Assembly (NCBI GenBank): GCA_016712745.1
Contig: JADJQN010000001.1
Span: 746,964-810,963 of the forward strand
Origin: Sandaracinaceae bacterium
GTDB lineage: Bacteria; Myxococcota_A; Polyangia; Polyangiales; JADJQN01
Direction: 5' to 3'
DNA length: 64,000 nt
Shown here: piece by piece, positions 37,503 through 46,715 of the stretch
How positions within the stretch are numbered: position 1 is the first letter of the stretch
Layout of the letters: each line of letters begins with the position of its first letter
Notes under the pieces: model-generated
The model's input: only the letters and a program-made list of their open reading frames with translations
Database searches by the model: none
What the model was told of the DNA's origin: nothing
Program-made: the position numbers and the translations under genes

Positions 37503-39053
37503 GAGCTCATACGGGGCCTGGTTGCCGTTGCCGCCGTCGCGAACGTAAAGGATGTAATAGCCAGGCATGAGCACGCGCCCGACGCTCTCGAGCGGGGTCT
37601 CGCCGTTCGACACCGCGATGCGCGTCGCGCGAATGTCGCGCAGTTCAAGATCCAAATCCTGATGATCGGCGGCTCGACCCGTTCCTAAAATGGTGAGTCG
37701 CGCGAGGAAAAATCCGGGCTGCGTCACGTGCACCCTGTACGCGCGCATCGAATCAAACCCGTTCTCGGGCTGCGCACGTCCACCACTCGGTGCCGGATTG
37801 CTTACGCCATCGATCTTGCTGCTGTGCAAACCCGGCAACCCAATATCGAGCGGCCATGGCATTCGGTCATCGTCGGGCAACAGCGCAGGCGGCTGCCCTG
37901 ACACCGCAAGCAAGCGATGCACTGCATCGCGCGTCGCCGCATTGTTCTTCACTAGATTGCGCAGCACATCCGACAAGCTGGGGAACGCGCCCGGTTCGCT
38001 CGCGACATCGATCATCGAGCGCAGCACGGCCGCCGGCCCAAGCGAAATGCCGTCGTTATCGACGTCGGCAATTCCCTCCACACCATCGGTCAAATCCCAG
38101 AGCACTTTTGAAACGCCGATTTCGGAGCCTAATCCCACGGGCCCGCGCATGTCGGTCTCGATGTTCTCGTCCACGCGCAGCGAGCCCTGCGGCTCGAGGC
38201 CAATCGTGTCGCGATACCACGGAGCTCCAAGTACGGCCGTGGCGAACCAAGTCGCACGCCCCTCCTCCCACGCAACCCCGGGATCTAAAAGCACGCCGCC
38301 CGGATGCATGCCGCCCGCCGACGAGTCGGAGCTGAGTCGATCGAACACAAAATGCCCAAGCTCATGGAGCATGATCGCTTCGTCGTGATCATCGGCGTCA
38401 GTCGTAGCAAGCCGCCCACGCTCACCACCCATAAGCTCGAGTGCATAGCGATGCGAGCCCGCTGGCCGCTCGCCGCGATAGAAGCTCCAGACGGTCGTCA
38501 CGCCTCGGCCCCAATAGACGAAGAGAGGCGGCAGCTCGCGCCCCGACCACGCAACCGCTGCGTCGAGCCCTTTGATCATCGTATCGAGAATATGCAGTCC
38601 GCCAGCGATGCCCTCGTCGCTCAGATCGCTTACATCCGTTTCCAGCGGAGCGCCATTGAGCGAGAGAGGCAACGTCAAGGTGTGCGGATGCAATCCGTTT
38701 GGATCGCGTGTGACCGCAACGTCGTGGCCATGCACGCTCGAGTGGAGCACGAGCACGAGAGATGTCGCCTCGGAGGGCATCGAAATCGAGAAGTGGCCTC
38801 GCTCATCCGTCGTCGCACGCGCGAGCGTTTGGCCCGCGGGGTCCTGGGCTTCGAGGTCGACGAAACGCGCCGGCCGTATCTCGCGCGCGACCGAAGCGCC
38901 GCGCGGCGTTGCCGAGCGAGCCTCGTAGCGAACAATGCCCTCGCGCAACGTCGGGGCGGCGACAACTGCCTGGGCCAAGGGCGGTTGCGAAATGGAACCA
39001 CCGCACGAAATGGTCCACAGACTCATCGTCAGAACAGCAACGCGTAAGCGCAT
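37485..39053 (-). CDS. secreted zinc metalloprotease lipoprotein with C-terminal PPC-like domain
   Basis: Lipobox LWTISCGG and an HExxH motif (MLHELGHFV). The C-terminal beta-rich region (DLDLELRDI...GYYILYVRDGGNG) resembles pre-peptidase C-terminal domains. The last codons lie inside the 29-bp repeat. Confidence 0.65.
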   Translation of the reverse strand: MRLRVAVLTMSLWTISCGGSISQPPLAQAVVAAPTLREGIVRYEARSATPRGASVAREIRPARFVDLEAQDPAGQTLARATTDERGHFSISMPSEATSLVLVLHSSVHGHDVAVTRDPNGLHPHTLTLPLSLNGAPLETDVSDLSDEGIAGGLHILDTMIKGLDAAVAWSGRELPPLFVYWGRGVTTVWSFYRGERPAGSHRYALELMGGERGRLATTDADDHDEAIMLHELGHFVFDRLSSDSSAGGMHPGGVLLDPGVAWEEGRATWFATAVLGAPWYRDTIGLEPQGSLRVDENIETDMRGPVGLGSEIGVSKVLWDLTDGVEGIADVDNDGISLGPAAVLRSMIDVASEPGAFPSLSDVLRNLVKNNAATRDAVHRLLAVSGQPPALLPDDDRMPWPLDIGLPGLHSSKIDGVSNPAPSGGRAQPENGFDSMRAYRVHVTQPGFFLARLTILGTGRAADHQDLDLELRDIRATRIAVSNGETPLESVGRVLMPGYYILYVRDGGNGNQAPYELSVVMQ

Positions 39054-39096
39054 GGCGGCAGCTTACCAGAACACGCCGTGATAACGTGGATGCGTC

Positions 39097-40131
39097 ATGA
39101 CAAAACCATCCACTTTCGATCCCAGCGCGGCGGCGAGTCCAGACTCGGGCATCTACGGATTGCCCTACAGCGTCGACGAAGCGCGCGTCATCGTTCTGCC
39201 CGTTCCCTACGCTGCAACGACTTCCTACGGCGGCGGTGCCGAAGACGGGCCTGCAGCGCTCGTGGAAGCGTCGCGCCAAGTCGACCTCTTCGATTTGGAT
39301 CTGAAGCGACCCTACGAGGCAGGCATCGCCCTGCTCCACGAGGCCGCTCACGTACGCGCGTGGCACGACGAGGCGCGCCCGCACGCCTCGGTCGTGATCG
39401 CAAACGCTGGGGTCGATGACGGCACGCCGGCCTTCAAAGAGGCGCTGCATCGCGTAAACGAGCTTTCGCATCGCGTGAACGAAGACACCTACGAGCATGC
39501 GCGTGAGCTGCTGAGCCGCAACAAGCTTGTTGCGTTGGTCGGTGGCGATCACGCAACACCGTACGGCGCAATTCGTGCGCATGCCGAAGTGCACCCGGGG
39601 ATGGGTGTGCTTCACATCGACGCGCATGCAGATTTGCGCGTCGCCTACGAGGGCTTTACGTGGTCGCACGCGTCAATCATGCACAACGTGATGGAGCGCC
39701 TGGACAAGGTCGCCAAGCTCGTGCAGGTGGGGATTCGCGACTTTTCGGAAGACGAATACCAGGCCATTAAGGAATCCAAAGACCGCATCGTCACGCACTT
39801 CGATTCAAATCTTGCGCGTCGAAGGTTCACCGGCGAGACCTGGGGGAAGCAGGTCGCGACGATTCTGGAAGACCTACCTGCGAAGGTATACGTCTCGTTC
39901 GACATCGATGGACTCGATCCAGCGCTGTGCCCGCGCACTGGCACGCCTGTACCCGGTGGCCTCTCCTTTCAAGAAGTCGTCTATCTGCTGCACGCGCTCT
40001 CTGATTCCGGACGCACCATTGTCGGGGTCGACGTAAACGAAGTCGTGCCCGGCGAGAGCGAGTGGGACGCCAACGTTGGCGCGCGTGTGCTCTACAAGCT
40101 GATCGGCAATATGCTCAAGACGCAGCGCTAG
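39097..40131 (+). CDS. arginase-family ureohydrolase (agmatinase/formimidoylglutamase-like)
   Basis: Mn-ligand motifs GGDHATP, HIDAHADLR and SFDIDGLDP. Confidence 0.8.
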   Translation: MTKPSTFDPSAAASPDSGIYGLPYSVDEARVIVLPVPYAATTSYGGGAEDGPAALVEASRQVDLFDLDLKRPYEAGIALLHEAAHVRAWHDEARPHASVVIANAGVDDGTPAFKEALHRVNELSHRVNEDTYEHARELLSRNKLVALVGGDHATPYGAIRAHAEVHPGMGVLHIDAHADLRVAYEGFTWSHASIMHNVMERLDKVAKLVQVGIRDFSEDEYQAIKESKDRIVTHFDSNLARRRFTGETWGKQVATILEDLPAKVYVSFDIDGLDPALCPRTGTPVPGGLSFQEVVYLLHALSDSGRTIVGVDVNEVVPGESEWDANVGARVLYKLIGNMLKTQR

Positions 40132-40148
40132 CTCCCGCGAGCGAACGC

Positions 40149-40829
40149 CTACACGAATGGAAGCGACGGTTGCGGCAAGGTGTTCGCGATTAACTCGACG
40201 ACCGCTTCCAGGTCTTCCGGACGATTCAAAAAATCGAAGTCGTTTCCTTCGATCAGCAGCTTCGGGCCCAGAGCGTACGAGTCAAACCACCCGTCATAGC
40301 GCATCCCGAGATCCTCGAGATAGCCCGCGGGCATGGATTGCTCGTACTCGCGCCCTCGTTTTTGAATCTGCGCACGGCATCCCTCAGGCGTGCGGTGCAA
40401 GTAGACAACCAGGTCAGGTGGCGTGAGGCCCTCGAAAAGTTGGGCAGCCAAGATCTGGTACGTCTCCCAATCGCGTTCGTCGAGTGCGCCGCGCGCGTGC
40501 AGGTTTGCCGCGAAGATGTGTGCGTCTTCGTAGCAGGTCCGATCCTGAACCGCGCTGACCTGCGCCTTCTGCGTCTCGCGCGTCTCGCCAACGCGCATAG
40601 CCAAGAAGCGCAGCTGCAAAGGCAGCGCATATCGCGGCATGTCGTGATAAAAATCCGCCAGATAGGGGTTTGCGGCCGTACTTTCAAAGAGCCCGCGAAC
40701 GCCCAAGCGCTCAACAAGCTTCTTTGTAAGGGTGGTTTTGCCCGACCCGATGTTTCCGGCTACCGCCAGGAATGGATGTTCCACCGACACGTTTGACGCT
40801 CCATGCCACAGACCTGGATCGCGAAGCAA
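40149..40829 (-). CDS. deoxynucleoside kinase
   Basis: P-loop AGNIGSGKTTL, a dNK-family core (NPYLADFY, QDRTCYEDAHIFA), and a lid region IQKRGREYE. The start codon is uncertain. Confidence 0.8.
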   Translation of the reverse strand: MLRDPGLWHGASNVSVEHPFLAVAGNIGSGKTTLTKKLVERLGVRGLFESTAANPYLADFYHDMPRYALPLQLRFLAMRVGETRETQKAQVSAVQDRTCYEDAHIFAANLHARGALDERDWETYQILAAQLFEGLTPPDLVVYLHRTPEGCRAQIQKRGREYEQSMPAGYLEDLGMRYDGWFDSYALGPKLLIEGNDFDFLNRPEDLEAVVELIANTLPQPSLPFV

Positions 40830-40907
40830 CCGGTCGTTACCCAGCTACACGAGAAGTCTCCGTGGGGGGATGTGGGACTTTTCTGCGGCACCACCTCGCG
40901 TCATCGC

Positions 40908-40936
40908 TTGACGGTGGGCGCGCCACTTCCTACCCT
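40908..40936 (+). promoter_or_regulatory. sigma70-like promoter candidate upstream of the FHA-GGDEF gene
   Basis: TTGACG (40908-40913), 17-nt spacer, TACCCT (40931-40936). It shares the 11-mer ATCGCTTGACG with the dksA promoter candidate. If it is used, the ATG at 40939 would be leaderless, or the true start lies downstream. Confidence 0.3.
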
Positions 40937-40938
40937 CA

Positions 40939-41868
40939 ATGAGTTCGCTGTTAGCACCGAGAGGTAGGGGCTGCCCCTTGGATTCAGACGTCAAAACCAG
41001 AATAACTCCGCTTGATGAGATCAAAGGTGGCGCGCCTGACAAAGGTGCCGACTGTCTCGTCGTGATCTACACGTCAGATGCAAGTCAGTTTGGTAAGCGC
41101 CATGTGCTCGCTGCCAATCAGCTGAACTTCGGCCGCGGCAGTGAGAACGATGTCCAGCTCGAGAACGATAGCGTCTCCCGTCGCCACTGCCGCGTCGAGC
41201 AGCGCAAGGGCGCTTGGTACGCCGTCGACCTTGATTCGACCAACGGCACGTACGTCAACGACGAGTTGATCAACAAAGAGGTTCAGCTTCGCCGGGGCGA
41301 TCAGATTAAGGTCGGCGACACCATCCTCAAGTATCTGAGCGGTTCCGACGTCGAAGCTCAGTACCACGAGACGATTTACAAGATGACCATCATCGATGGT
41401 CTTACTGGCGCGAACAACAAACGCTTCCTCTTGGAGAGCCTCGAGCGCGAGCTTCCGCGTGCACGGCGACATCAGCGGCCCCTATCGCTCTGCATGATCG
41501 ACATCGATCATTTCAAGGCGGTCAACGATGGCTTTGGCCACCTTGCCGGCGACTACGTGTTGAAAGAGCTCGCGACGCTCATTCGCACGCGCCTTCGTCC
41601 CGATGACATCCTCGCCCGCTACGGCGGCGAAGAATTCGGCATCGCATTGCCTGAAACGTCACGCGAAGGTGCCGTCAAGATCGCCGACCAACTGCGCGCG
41701 CTCGTCGAGAAGCATCGTTTTCAGTTCGAAGGCGAGCACATTCCCGTCACCATGTCCGTGGGCGTAGCTCAGCTCGACGATAAATGGGACGTGTTGCAGC
41801 TTATTAAAGCGGCTGACGAAAAGCTCTACGAAGCCAAACGCAGCGGCCGAAATCGCGTTTGTTCCTGA
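40939..41868 (+). CDS. FHA domain-containing diguanylate cyclase (FHA-GGDEF)
   Basis: FHA domain (FGRGSENDVQLENDSVSRRHCRV...STNGTYVN) followed by GGDEF (GFGHLAGD, RYGGEEFGIAL, RSGRNR). The start is uncertain. Confidence 0.85.
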   Translation: MSSLLAPRGRGCPLDSDVKTRITPLDEIKGGAPDKGADCLVVIYTSDASQFGKRHVLAANQLNFGRGSENDVQLENDSVSRRHCRVEQRKGAWYAVDLDSTNGTYVNDELINKEVQLRRGDQIKVGDTILKYLSGSDVEAQYHETIYKMTIIDGLTGANNKRFLLESLERELPRARRHQRPLSLCMIDIDHFKAVNDGFGHLAGDYVLKELATLIRTRLRPDDILARYGGEEFGIALPETSREGAVKIADQLRALVEKHRFQFEGEHIPVTMSVGVAQLDDKWDVLQLIKAADEKLYEAKRSGRNRVCS

Positions 41869-41937
41869 AGAGTTAACTCACTCGCACGCGATGGCGGCTT
41901 TTTAGCCCTCAAAAGCGCGAGCGGCTAACATGACGCG

Positions 41938-43989
41938 ATGCGCTGCCACGCAATTGCACTCGTGTCTCTGCTGCTCTCGTTGTCCGGGCACGCACTCGCT
42001 CAAAACACAACCTCGTCGAACGACGACGCGCTCGCCGCCGGCGCAGAAAGTCCAGAGCTTGCTGCCCTTCGCACCGCCGAGAGCGAAATCTTTCGTGCAG
42101 GCAGGCCGCTCGTAGAAATCGGCGCTCAGCTCCCCGCGGTCGTCGCGGAGATGGGCGACGCTGAACAAGAGGAGCACGAGGATGTGGCGTGGACCGAGGG
42201 CCTCGCCCTGCCCGACTTGCCGGTGCGCTGGGATCACCGCGTCGTCACGTTCGTGGAATTCTTTCGCGACGACGCGCGCGGCCGCTCAATCATGAGCAGC
42301 TGGTTGCGTCGAGAGCCGCGTTATGCGGCGCTTGTGCAATCGGAGCTACGCGCGGCGGAGCTGCCTTTAGACCTGCTCTATGTGGCCATGATCGAAAGCG
42401 GCTTCGACCCGCGGGCCCGCTCGAGCGCAAGCGCAGTCGGCATGTGGCAATTCGTGGGCGGCACCGGCGACGAGTACGGACTGCGCCGTGACCATTGGAT
42501 GGATCAGCGAATGAGCCCGGAAGCGTCGACGCGCGCAGCCGCGCACTATTTACGTGATCTCTATCAGCGATTCGGCTCGTGGGAGCTCGCTCTCGCCGCC
42601 TACAACATGGGCTACAACGCGCTCCTTCGTTCTATTCGCAAGTACAACACCAACGATTTCTGGGTCCTGTCTCGTCTTGAAGACGCACTGCCTTTTGAGA
42701 CGACGGTCTACGTAGCGAAGATCATGGCGTGCGCGATCATCGCCAAGAACCCTGCCCGATTTGGCTTTGGTGATGTGACGCGGGACGCACCACTCACGAC
42801 AGTGAACGTGGAAGTACCAGGCGGCACGGCGACCGAAGCGGTTGCGCGCGCGGTGGGCATCAGCGTAGCGGACTTTTCCGCGCTAAATCCTGAGTTTCTG
42901 CGCTCACACACCTCGCCCGGCGACACGCGCAGCGTAGTGCGAATTCCGGCAGCAAGTGCGAGCGTTTTCGAGCGAGCCTGGGCGCGCTCTGAGAACCGGC
43001 GCACGCCTCATCGCGCGTACGCCGTACGCTTTGGCGAAACGCTTTCGGACATCGCCGATGCCTTCGCGACGAACGTGACCACCCTTCGTCGTCTGAACGA
43101 GCTCGAAGAACGCGAGACCATCGGCGCAGGCTTCAGCATGCTCGTTCCCAATGTCGAGCGCACGCGGGTCGCGTCGGCGACGCCACCTATAGCAACGGTG
43201 CCCGCGACGCGCTTCGAGCACCCGGGCCGGACACGCGTGTTCTACCGCGTGATCGAAGGGGACAGCTCGCGCGCAATCGGTCGTTTCTTCGGTGTGACGA
43301 TGGACGAGCTTCGCCGCTGGAATGGCATCGACCCTAGCGCAAGCTTGCAACGCGGCATGATCTTGCAGCTCTTCATCGCAAACGCGTTCGACATGTCTCG
43401 CGCGGCACTACTCACTGAGAATCAGGTTCGCCTGCTCGTGGTAGGGAGCGCAGAATTCTACGAGCATCACGAGTCGCAACGCGGCCGAGTCCGGTCGCGC
43501 TACCGCGTACGCGACGGTGAAACGGTCGCGTCGATCGCTCGTCGCTTCGAGTTAAGCGCAGCCTCGCTCGCGCGCATCAACCGATTCTCGGAGCGCACGG
43601 CACTCGAGACTGGCCGCGAAATCACCGTCTACGCGCCGCGTGGCGTAGACGTCAACGCGTCGCCCCGCAGCGCGACGGCCGCTGCAGCTCCAGCGAACGA
43701 CAACTCGGCCGCGCCCGCGCCCGTCCTTGGGGCTCCCGAAGCGGCGTCCGACGCGGCGCCTTCCCCGGCCGACGCACCAGCGTCTGCACCCGAGTCCGAA
43801 TCAGCGTCGGCGCCCGGGTTGCAGCCTGCACCTGGGCCGTCAACCGGCTCGGCACCGCCGGCGAGCACTGGCGAAGCGACCCCAGCCGGCGCGGCCACCC
43901 GGTCCTCGGCTTCACCCGTCTCCGCGCACACCCTGCCCGCCGCTCCTGCGCCTGCACCCTCGCGTCGCCGCGCGCGACGGGCGAACTAA
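41938..43989 (+). CDS. lytic transglycosylase with three LysM domains (MltD-like)
   Basis: Signal peptide MRCHAIALVSLLLSLSGHALA. SLT domain (YVAMIESGFDP, GMWQF). There are three LysM repeats (YAVRFGETLSDIA, YRVIEGDSSRAIG, YRVRDGETVASIA) and an Ala/Pro-rich tail. Confidence 0.85.
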   Translation: MRCHAIALVSLLLSLSGHALAQNTTSSNDDALAAGAESPELAALRTAESEIFRAGRPLVEIGAQLPAVVAEMGDAEQEEHEDVAWTEGLALPDLPVRWDHRVVTFVEFFRDDARGRSIMSSWLRREPRYAALVQSELRAAELPLDLLYVAMIESGFDPRARSSASAVGMWQFVGGTGDEYGLRRDHWMDQRMSPEASTRAAAHYLRDLYQRFGSWELALAAYNMGYNALLRSIRKYNTNDFWVLSRLEDALPFETTVYVAKIMACAIIAKNPARFGFGDVTRDAPLTTVNVEVPGGTATEAVARAVGISVADFSALNPEFLRSHTSPGDTRSVVRIPAASASVFERAWARSENRRTPHRAYAVRFGETLSDIADAFATNVTTLRRLNELEERETIGAGFSMLVPNVERTRVASATPPIATVPATRFEHPGRTRVFYRVIEGDSSRAIGRFFGVTMDELRRWNGIDPSASLQRGMILQLFIANAFDMSRAALLTENQVRLLVVGSAEFYEHHESQRGRVRSRYRVRDGETVASIARRFELSAASLARINRFSERTALETGREITVYAPRGVDVNASPRSATAAAAPANDNSAAPAPVLGAPEAASDAAPSPADAPASAPESESASAPGLQPAPGPSTGSAPPASTGEATPAGAATRSSASPVSAHTLPAAPAPAPSRRRARRAN

Positions 43990-45176
43990 AACGCTTCGAG
44001 CGCGTTGACGTAGGGCGCGCACCCGTCCGTGCTGCAGCCCACGTCGAGGCGAACGTAGATGCGTTCGGCTTCATCGAGCGCGAAGCGAATGCCGCCGCCG
44101 AGACTCATCTTCAGCTCCGTGGCGCGAAACTCGGCAATGGTAGGCGCGACGCCCCCAATACCTGCGAAGAAGACCAGGCCGAAGCGCCAGACAACGGGCA
44201 TGATTCGCCACTCGACTTGGGCTGCGAGGTAATCGTTGTCGCGATAGCGCCCCATATACGAGCCTCGCATGCGTGCGTTGCCGCCCAGCAAGGAGAGCTG
44301 ATCGAAGGGGACATCTCCCATGTTGAAGTCCGCATAAAGCTGCATCGCCAGCACGTGATGCGGCGCGAGTTGTACGTACTGACGTAGGTCGATGTTTATG
44401 TGCGTAAAGTGGAAACGACTCCCAAGAAAACCCGGGTACGTAATCGCGAACGCTTGGTGAAAGGCGCCCGTGTGCGCAGACTGAAGATTGTCGCGTGAGT
44501 CCCAGACGACGCTCAATCCCAGACCCGAACGCACACCGCCCTCGACGCCGCGTGTCCCCGCAAGCAAACCGGTCGGATTTACGTCGCGAACCTGTGAGAG
44601 CTGAAACTCTTGCCTGACACCGACCATCAACGGTCCCCACACGCGCGTGCGAAAATCCATGAAGTCCCAGAACGAGTGCATCGTGTACAGCTCTTCGTTC
44701 GCCTCATTGGTATTGGGCCCGACGCCGTAGAAATAGTCGGGCATCAATCGATACGCCACCTGCCCCGTGATGGAATGACGCTCAAAGAGCCACCAGCGAT
44801 CGTGCTCGCTGAGCTCGCCATCTTCTAAGCCGCGCAGTACGCGGCGACTCTCCGCACGCGTCAGCGAGGGGCCAAACCAGAATGTCGGAAAGAGATCGAC
44901 AAGCGCCTGATTGCGAAACGTGTACAGGGCATCCGCCGCCAAGTACGAGGGTCTCGCCTCCACCGGCGCCTCGCCGAGGCGAAAGTAGTGAACGCCGAAT
45001 CCGCCAAACGCCGCGCTCGTTTCCGGCGCGTAACTAAATATCGGGAAGCCCGTCGTCGAGGACGTGGCACAGCCATCCCCGCCCCGCGGGCCGTGGCATT
45101 CCTGCTGGGCCGAAGCCACCCGGGGTAGCAGAGCGATGAAAAGCATCATTCCAAGATAAGCGGCGAGAGAGCGCAT
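43986..45176 (-). CDS. Omp85/bacterial surface antigen (D15) family beta-barrel protein
   Basis: Signal peptide MRSLAAYLGMMLFIALLPRVASA. The C-terminal barrel has LGGNARMRGSYMGRYRDNDY..AQVEWR...FFAGIGGV and ends in ...ALEAF. The stop region overlaps the MltD-like stop. Confidence 0.75.
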   Translation of the reverse strand: MRSLAAYLGMMLFIALLPRVASAQQECHGPRGGDGCATSSTTGFPIFSYAPETSAAFGGFGVHYFRLGEAPVEARPSYLAADALYTFRNQALVDLFPTFWFGPSLTRAESRRVLRGLEDGELSEHDRWWLFERHSITGQVAYRLMPDYFYGVGPNTNEANEELYTMHSFWDFMDFRTRVWGPLMVGVRQEFQLSQVRDVNPTGLLAGTRGVEGGVRSGLGLSVVWDSRDNLQSAHTGAFHQAFAITYPGFLGSRFHFTHINIDLRQYVQLAPHHVLAMQLYADFNMGDVPFDQLSLLGGNARMRGSYMGRYRDNDYLAAQVEWRIMPVVWRFGLVFFAGIGGVAPTIAEFRATELKMSLGGGIRFALDEAERIYVRLDVGCSTDGCAPYVNALEAF

Positions 45177-45339
45177 GAAGTCTCCACAACGCTCGGTGCA
45201 ACGTGCGTACCAGGCGGATTTGCGGGGAATTGGGCTGCTCACGGGACTATTGTCTACACACGCAGACTGCGTTCCATGGATGCGTGGCAAAAGGATGCAG
45301 TCGCCTATCACGCAGGCAACGAATGTGTAAGCTCTTCGC

Positions 45340-46578
45340 GTGCTCACAATTGAAGAAGCGATCGCTCGCATCTTGAGCGCGTGCCGAACGACTGAGGTTG
45401 CGAACGTCGGGTTGCACGACGCGCTCGGACTGTGCTTGGCCGAGGACGTTGTTGCTCCCTACGGCCTGCCCGAATTCGCAAATAGCGTAATGGACGGCTA
45501 CGCCGCCTGTGCGGCCGACCTCGCGGGCGCGAGCGCTGCCACCGAAAAGGCGCTCCCACTGATTGGGGAATCGCGAGCCGGCGCGACGCCAGCGGCGCTC
45601 ACGCCCGGCACGACGATGCGCATCTTTACCGGCGCGCCAATCCCGCAAGGTGCTGACGCAGTTGTAATGCAGGAAGACGTCCGCGTCGCAAATCAACACG
45701 TGCATTTCAAAGACGCGCCGCGCTCGCTCGCATTCGTCCGCATGCAGGGCAGCGATGTGGCGCAGGGGGCGACCGTATTGCGTGCGGGCGCGATGGTGCA
45801 CGCCGGCGAGATCGGTCTGCTCGCAAGCTTGGGTTTTTCGCGCGTACCCGTGCACAAGCGACCTCGCGTGGCGATTCTGTCTACGGGCGACGAGCTTCGC
45901 GACGTTGAATCAGAGCGGCGCCCGTTCACGGTAGTCAACAGCAACGCGTACGCCCTCGCTGCGCTAGTGCGCGAAGCGGATGCCGAGCCGTGGGTGCTTC
46001 CGCGAGTAGCCGATGACGCAGAAGCTATCGCCGAACAGATTCGCATCGGTCTCAGTGCGGATCTGCTGCTCTCCTCGGGCGGTGTGTCCGTGGGCGACTA
46101 CGACATGGTGCAAGACGCGTACAAACGCGCGCACGTCTCGCTTGATTTCTGGCGTGTCGCGATGAAGCCAGGAAAGCCTCTCATGTTTGGAAAAGGCGGC
46201 GCCGACGGTCGCACGCCGGTGCTGGGTCTACCCGGCAATCCCGCCAGTGCGATGGTCACGTTTGAGCTTTTCGCTCGGCCGGCGATTCGAACCATGCTTG
46301 GCACCGCCACGCCGATGCGGCCGCGCGTGCTCGTTGAACTGACGCACTCGCACTCGCACGCCGAAGGGCGCGTAGAACTGGCGCGCGCATCGCTTGATCT
46401 GGGCGATCCCTACCTTCGCGCGACGCTGCGCGAGAATCAGACGTCGGGTGCGCTTTCGTCGATGGTGGGCACTGACGCGCTGGTTATCCTTCCTGCCGAG
46501 GACAAATCCTTCCAGGAGGGCCAGATCCTCGAGGCGCTGATGATACGGCCACCAAACTCCGCGCAATTTCGGCGTTAA
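45340..46578 (+). CDS. moeA: molybdopterin molybdotransferase
   Basis: 412 aa. N-terminal sequence is L.EA...IL....P.FANSVMDGYA, with a central MoCF-binding domain (RVAILSTGDEL, SSGGVSVGDYD) and PGNPASAMVTFE. Confidence 0.9.
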   Translation: MLTIEEAIARILSACRTTEVANVGLHDALGLCLAEDVVAPYGLPEFANSVMDGYAACAADLAGASAATEKALPLIGESRAGATPAALTPGTTMRIFTGAPIPQGADAVVMQEDVRVANQHVHFKDAPRSLAFVRMQGSDVAQGATVLRAGAMVHAGEIGLLASLGFSRVPVHKRPRVAILSTGDELRDVESERRPFTVVNSNAYALAALVREADAEPWVLPRVADDAEAIAEQIRIGLSADLLLSSGGVSVGDYDMVQDAYKRAHVSLDFWRVAMKPGKPLMFGKGGADGRTPVLGLPGNPASAMVTFELFARPAIRTMLGTATPMRPRVLVELTHSHSHAEGRVELARASLDLGDPYLRATLRENQTSGALSSMVGTDALVILPAEDKSFQEGQILEALMIRPPNSAQFRR

Positions 46579-46715
46579 TTCTACCGAGCGCCCGCTAATC
46601 TCTTGCTCGACGAGCCCAAGGAGCCAGGTACACTCGTGTCGAAAGGCATGCGCCGGGAAACTTCTTGGTTTCCCATACGTCTATTAGGCGCAGGACCCGT
46701 ATTCAGCCTTTTCCA

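Noticed and set aside
45177-45339. Possible Moco riboswitch upstream of moeA
   Set aside because: I could not recognise the conserved Moco-motif helices or core nucleotides in the 163-nt leader. An AAAGGA string alone is not evidence.
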